The notes beneath the pieces were generated by a model that saw nothing but the letters and a program-made list of their open reading frames with translations, did no database searches and was not told the DNA's origin. A stretch of DNA of 64,000 bases. Origin: the human T2T-CHM13v2.0 reference genome, Homo sapiens. Within the stretch, counting starts at the first letter, position 1. Each line of letters opens with the position of its first letter. The DNA lies in assembly GCF_009914755.1 (NCBI RefSeq), contig NC_060935.1, one strand, 5' to 3'. The translations under genes were made by a program, and so were the position numbers. This document shows positions 59,172 to 64,000 of the stretch, piece by piece.

Positions 59172-60945
59172 TATTTAATAAATAATTAAATGATTGCTGT
59201 ATTCCAGGCACTGTACCAAATGTTGGGGATACAAAAAAGAATGAAAAGTATATTTTAAATTTTTTGGTGTGTAAAATTTAGTGTTAAATGATTGCAGATC
59301 CCAAAGCAAATTATCATCTTAATGAGGAGAAAAATCACCTTTAGTCCAAGATGAACAGGAACTCTGCCTCAATCCCTAGTTTATGTAGAAAGAGACTGCA
59401 CAAATGTATTCACGGGGAGTAGGTCCTTGCATACCTTAGGGGAGGCCATGGGTAGAAAGATGAGCCAAGTACTCGGGGGGACAGATTGAGGAAAATATAA
59501 CTGGATTGAAGTTCATTCAACAAAGCCATTTTCAATCCATTTCAATAGATTAAAATGATGAAGAAAGGCTTCCATAGGAAATATTTTAAATAAAAGGTAA
59601 ATAGATACTAAAATCATTATACAGCTATTTTAGCTATTTTAATTACATTTTAAAAATATATGATGAATTAGGATTTCTACTCCTTGCAAATACTATCTAT
59701 TTTGAACAATATTGTTACTAAAGATGTAAATTTTTATACTGTTTGAAGCATGGCTAAAATGATTTCATTCTTGAAAATAAGCCCTGAATGAATTAGAGCT
59801 ACTGTATATAACATTATCAAGTTCCCAGGAATTTAGTTATGTTTCACAGAAAATTATTTTATTTCACTCATAGAAAGGGTTAGCTAAAAATAAGTTTTAG
59901 GTAACAAAGACCAAAAAGGACACAAGGGAAATATACCATGGGAGAAAACTGGGTTTTAGTTCTGGCTCCTCCAGAAAGTATCAAACTGTCGGGCTACTGA
60001 ACATTTACTTGTCTACCTGAAGGTTTCTATGTGTGTAAAGGGGAGTGGGGATGTTTTTGACTAAGTGTAACAAAAAAGTTACATACAGGCCTCAATTTCT
60101 CTCTTCCATGATGATGATAGATGCTGCTTCAGGATCATTGGTCTCTTTTTCACTGAGGCAGAGTTGGCATGCAAAGTGACAACCTACGCCAACCCTAGAC
60201 TAGATGATCTTCAATATTCTCTCAAGCTGAAGAATTCTATGAATCTAAAATTTTTGAAACCCAAATGATATAATTGAATACAAAATGAAATTTAGTCTCT
60301 TAAAATTGTTGGTTTACTGATAAGCTACCCATAAACATTTTATTCACATTTTGATGGTAAATCAAAATGTATTTGCTTAACAACTATTTTTGATATAAAT
60401 TTTAGCCACTATCTTCCATCTTTGTCCAATTAGATCCCTACTTGTTTATACTTTGTTTGTTCATTTTTTTATTCAGAAAGAGGAATGAAAAAGCTTATTA
60501 GCTATTCAGTATTCAGGTTTATTTGACCAGTGTTTCTCCAAAATAATATTTTAAAATATAGCAAAACTCCATTTAGTACTTTTAATTAATAATATATAAA
60601 TTCTCTACTTTAGATATAATAAAACAGTAGAAAAAATAGTAAATGTATACTAATATTCCATGTAATGTAGATAAAATACTGGTTTAACAGATGTATAGAC
60701 TCATTTGAACTCTATACTTTCAACAGAAATTTATTATTAATGAAGACAAAAGTGTTTAAGTAACAAAAATGTTCTGGGAGTGAGAATATAGTAAAAATTA
60801 TAGTAAAATTATTTTGATTTTTTGATAATTCTCTTAGAGCAAAAACTAAAATATTTAAGTCAAGTCTTTTGGGGGCCTTATAGTAAGTAGAGTTCATGGA
60901 GGCTCACAGGGTCTCCACACAGATGTAAATTTTACTTCCAAATAT

Positions 60946-63900
60946 GATCAAAAAGGACAAATGAGGGTATTACATAATAATAAAGGGTTCAATTCAACAA
61001 GAAAACTTAACTATTTTAAATATATATGCACTCAACACTGGAGCACCCAGATTCATAAAACAAATTCTAAGACACTTATGAAGAGACTTAGGTAACCAAT
61101 AGTAGGAGACTTCAACACTCCACGGACAGCTGGACAGATCATCAAGGCAGAATGCTAACAAAGATATTTGGGATCTAAACTTGACACTTGACCAAATGAA
61201 CCTTATAGGCATCCACAGAACACTCCACCCAACAAAAAACAGACTATACATTCTTCTCAGGTGCATGTGGCACATTCTTTAAAACTGACCACACACTTGG
61301 CCATGAGGCAATTCTCAACAAATTCAAAAAAACTGAAATTATACCAACCACATTCTCAGACCACAAGGCAATAAAAATATAAATAAATACCAAGAAGAGA
61401 TCTTAAAACCATACAATTACATGGAAATTAATCTGTTCCTGACTGACTTTTGGGTAAACAATGAAATTAATGTAGAAGTCAAGAAATTCTTTGAAACTAA
61501 TGAAAACAAAGATACAACATACAATAAGCTCTGGAACATAGCTAAAACAATGTTAAGAGAATTTATAGTGCTAAATGTCCATATCAAATAGCTAGAAGGA
61601 TCTCAAATTAACAACCTAACATCCCACTTGAAGGAACTTGAAAAAGAAGAGCAAACTAAGTCCAAAGGTAACAGAAGAAAAGAAATATCCAAAATCAGAA
61701 CTGAACTGAATGAAATGGAGATGAGAAAAAAGAAGAGATTAATGAAAACAAAAGTTGGTTCTTTGAAACAATGAAGGTTGATAGACTACTAGTTAGGCTA
61801 ATAAGGAAAAATATGGAGAAAAACAAAATAAACACAATCGGAAATACAAAGGGTGCCTTGCCACTGATCCCACGGAAATACAAAAATCCCTTAGAAACTA
61901 TTGTGAACACCTCTGTGCACACGAACTAGAAAACCTAGAAGAAATGGATAAATTCCTGGAAACACAGAACCTCTGAAGATTAAACCATGAAGAAATTGAG
62001 TCCCTGAACAGAGCAGCAATGAGTTCTGAAACTGAATTAGTAAAAACATAACAACCAAAAATAAAAAATAAAAAAGCCCTGGGCCAGATAGATTCATAGC
62101 CATATTCTCCCAAACATATAAAGAAGACCTAGTACTATTTTACTATTCAAAAATAAAAAAATCAAGGAGAAACCCTTCCTCACTCATTCTATGAGTCCTT
62201 CATCATTCTGATGCCAAAACCTGGCAGAGATACAACGGAAAAAGGAAACTTCAGATTAATATCCCTGATGAAGTTAGGGGCAAAAATCCTTAATAAAATA
62301 CTAGCAAACCAAATCCAGCAGCATATCAAAAAGCTAATTCACCATGAATAAGTATGCTTTATCCCTGGGATGCAAGGTTGGTTCAACATATCCAAATCAA
62401 TAAATGTGATTCACCATATAGACAGAACTAAAAACAAAAACCACATGATCATTTCAATATATGCAGAAAAGTCTTTCAATAAAATTCAATATACCTTCAT
62501 GTTATAAACCCTCAACAAACTGGGTATCAAAGATACATACCTCAAAATAATAAGAGCCATCTAACAAAAACCCAGAGCCAACATTATACTGAATGAGAAA
62601 AAGCTAGAAGCATTCCGCTTGAGAACAGGAACAAGACATAGAAGCCCAGTCTCATCACTCTAATTCAACATATTACTGGAAGTCCTAACCAGAGCAAACA
62701 GGCAAGAGAAAGAAATAAAAGGCATCCAAATAGGAATAAAGGAAGTGAAACTATCTCTCTTCACAGACATTATGAAAGTATACCTAGAAAACTTCATAGT
62801 ATCTGCCTAAAGTCTTTTAGATCTGATAAATAACTTCAGCATAGTTTCAGAATACAAAATTAATGTACAAAAATAAGTAGCATTTCTATACACAAATAAC
62901 ATACAACCTGAGAGCCAAATAAAAATTGCAATCCCATTCACGATATCCACAAAAGAATAAAATACCTAGAAATAGAGCTAAATAAAGGAGGTGAGAAATT
63001 TCTACAGTGAAAATTACAATATACTGCTGAAAGTAATCAGAGACAACACAGATAAATGGAAAAACATTTCATGCTCATGGATAGGAAGAATCAATATTGT
63101 TCAAATGGCCATACTTCCCAAAGCTATTTACAGATTGAAAGCTATTTCTAACAAACTACCAACCACATATTTTAGAGAATTAGAAAACAAATTCTAAAAT
63201 TCATTTGAAACCAAAAAAAGAGGCCAAATAGCCAAAAGAATCCTAAGCAAAAAGAAAAAAAGCTGGAGGCATCACACTGCCCAACTTCAAAATATACTAC
63301 AAGTCCACAGCATGGTATTGGTACAAAAAAAGACACATAGACCAATAGAACAGGTTAGAGAATCCAGAAATCAAGCCACATACCTACAACCATCTGATCT
63401 TCAACAAAGCTGACAAAAACAAGGAATGGGGAAAGGACTCCCTATTCAATAGATGCTGCTGGGATAACTGTCCTGCCATATGCAGAAGATTGAAACTGAA
63501 CCTCTACCATTCACCATATACAAAAATCAACTCAAGACAGAACAATGACCTAAATGGAAAATCTAAAAGTATAAAGGCCCTAGAGGAAAATTAGGAAATA
63601 TCATTCTGGACATCAGCCCAGGCAAAGACATCATGAGGAAGACTCCAAACCCAATTGCAACAAAAACAAAAATTAGCTAGTGGGACCTAATTAAACCAAA
63701 GAACTTCTGCACAGCAAAATAAACTATCGGTGGAGTAAACAAACACCCTACAGAATGGGAGAAAATATCTGCAAAGAATGCACTCAACAAAGGTCTAATA
63801 CTCAGAATCCGTAAGAAATTCAAATAAATCTATAAGCAAAAACCAAACAACCCCATTAAAATGGGCAAAAGATATCAACAGACAGTTCTTAAAAGAAGAC

Positions 63901-64000
63901 ATACGTGTGGCCAATAAGCACATGAAAAAATGCTCAATATCACAAATTATTAGGAAAATGCAAATTAAAACCACAATGAGATAGCATCTCATACCAGTCA
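60946..64000 (+). mobile_element. 5'-truncated L1 (L1PA15-17/L1PB-like) ORF2 region, continues beyond the window
   Basis: Continuous degenerate ORF2 from the endonuclease domain (ATATATGCACTCAACACTGGAGCACCCAGATTC) through RT; peptide 62991-63197 ([19 protein letters not shown]). Confidence 0.93.

Overview
AT-rich primate genomic DNA (human-like: AluY/S/J, L1PA, THE1 and MADE1 repeats) from an intergenic or deep-intronic region. I find no supportable host protein-coding exon, tRNA or CRISPR array. Much of the window is interspersed repeats: L1, L2, Alu, MIR, MaLR/ERV LTRs, and Tigger and hAT DNA transposons. Subfamily names are assigned from memory of consensus sequences and need RepeatMasker/Dfam confirmation; boundaries of old repeats are approximate. 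The standout structure is a near full-length L1PA5-like element (40613-46681, 14-bp target-site duplication, TSD) whose 5'UTR has been inverted at ORF1 codon 5. Its antisense promoter now faces ORF1/ORF2, and the antisense ORF0 (ATG at 46079, strong Kozak context) runs in frame across the junction into ORF1p, giving a 240-aa ORF0-ORF1 chimeric ORF. Its sense promoter points outward into unique flank. Other notable items: two more 5'-inverted L1PA7-like insertions, a tailless 5S rRNA retropseudogene with a 17-bp flanking direct repeat, a near full-length Tigger2 with transposase relics, a complete THE1 MaLR next to a solo THE1 LTR, a nested stack of elements inside a MER45, a candidate recursive splice site on the minus strand, and several templated micro-rearrangements. 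Expression or function of any of these cannot be shown from sequence alone.
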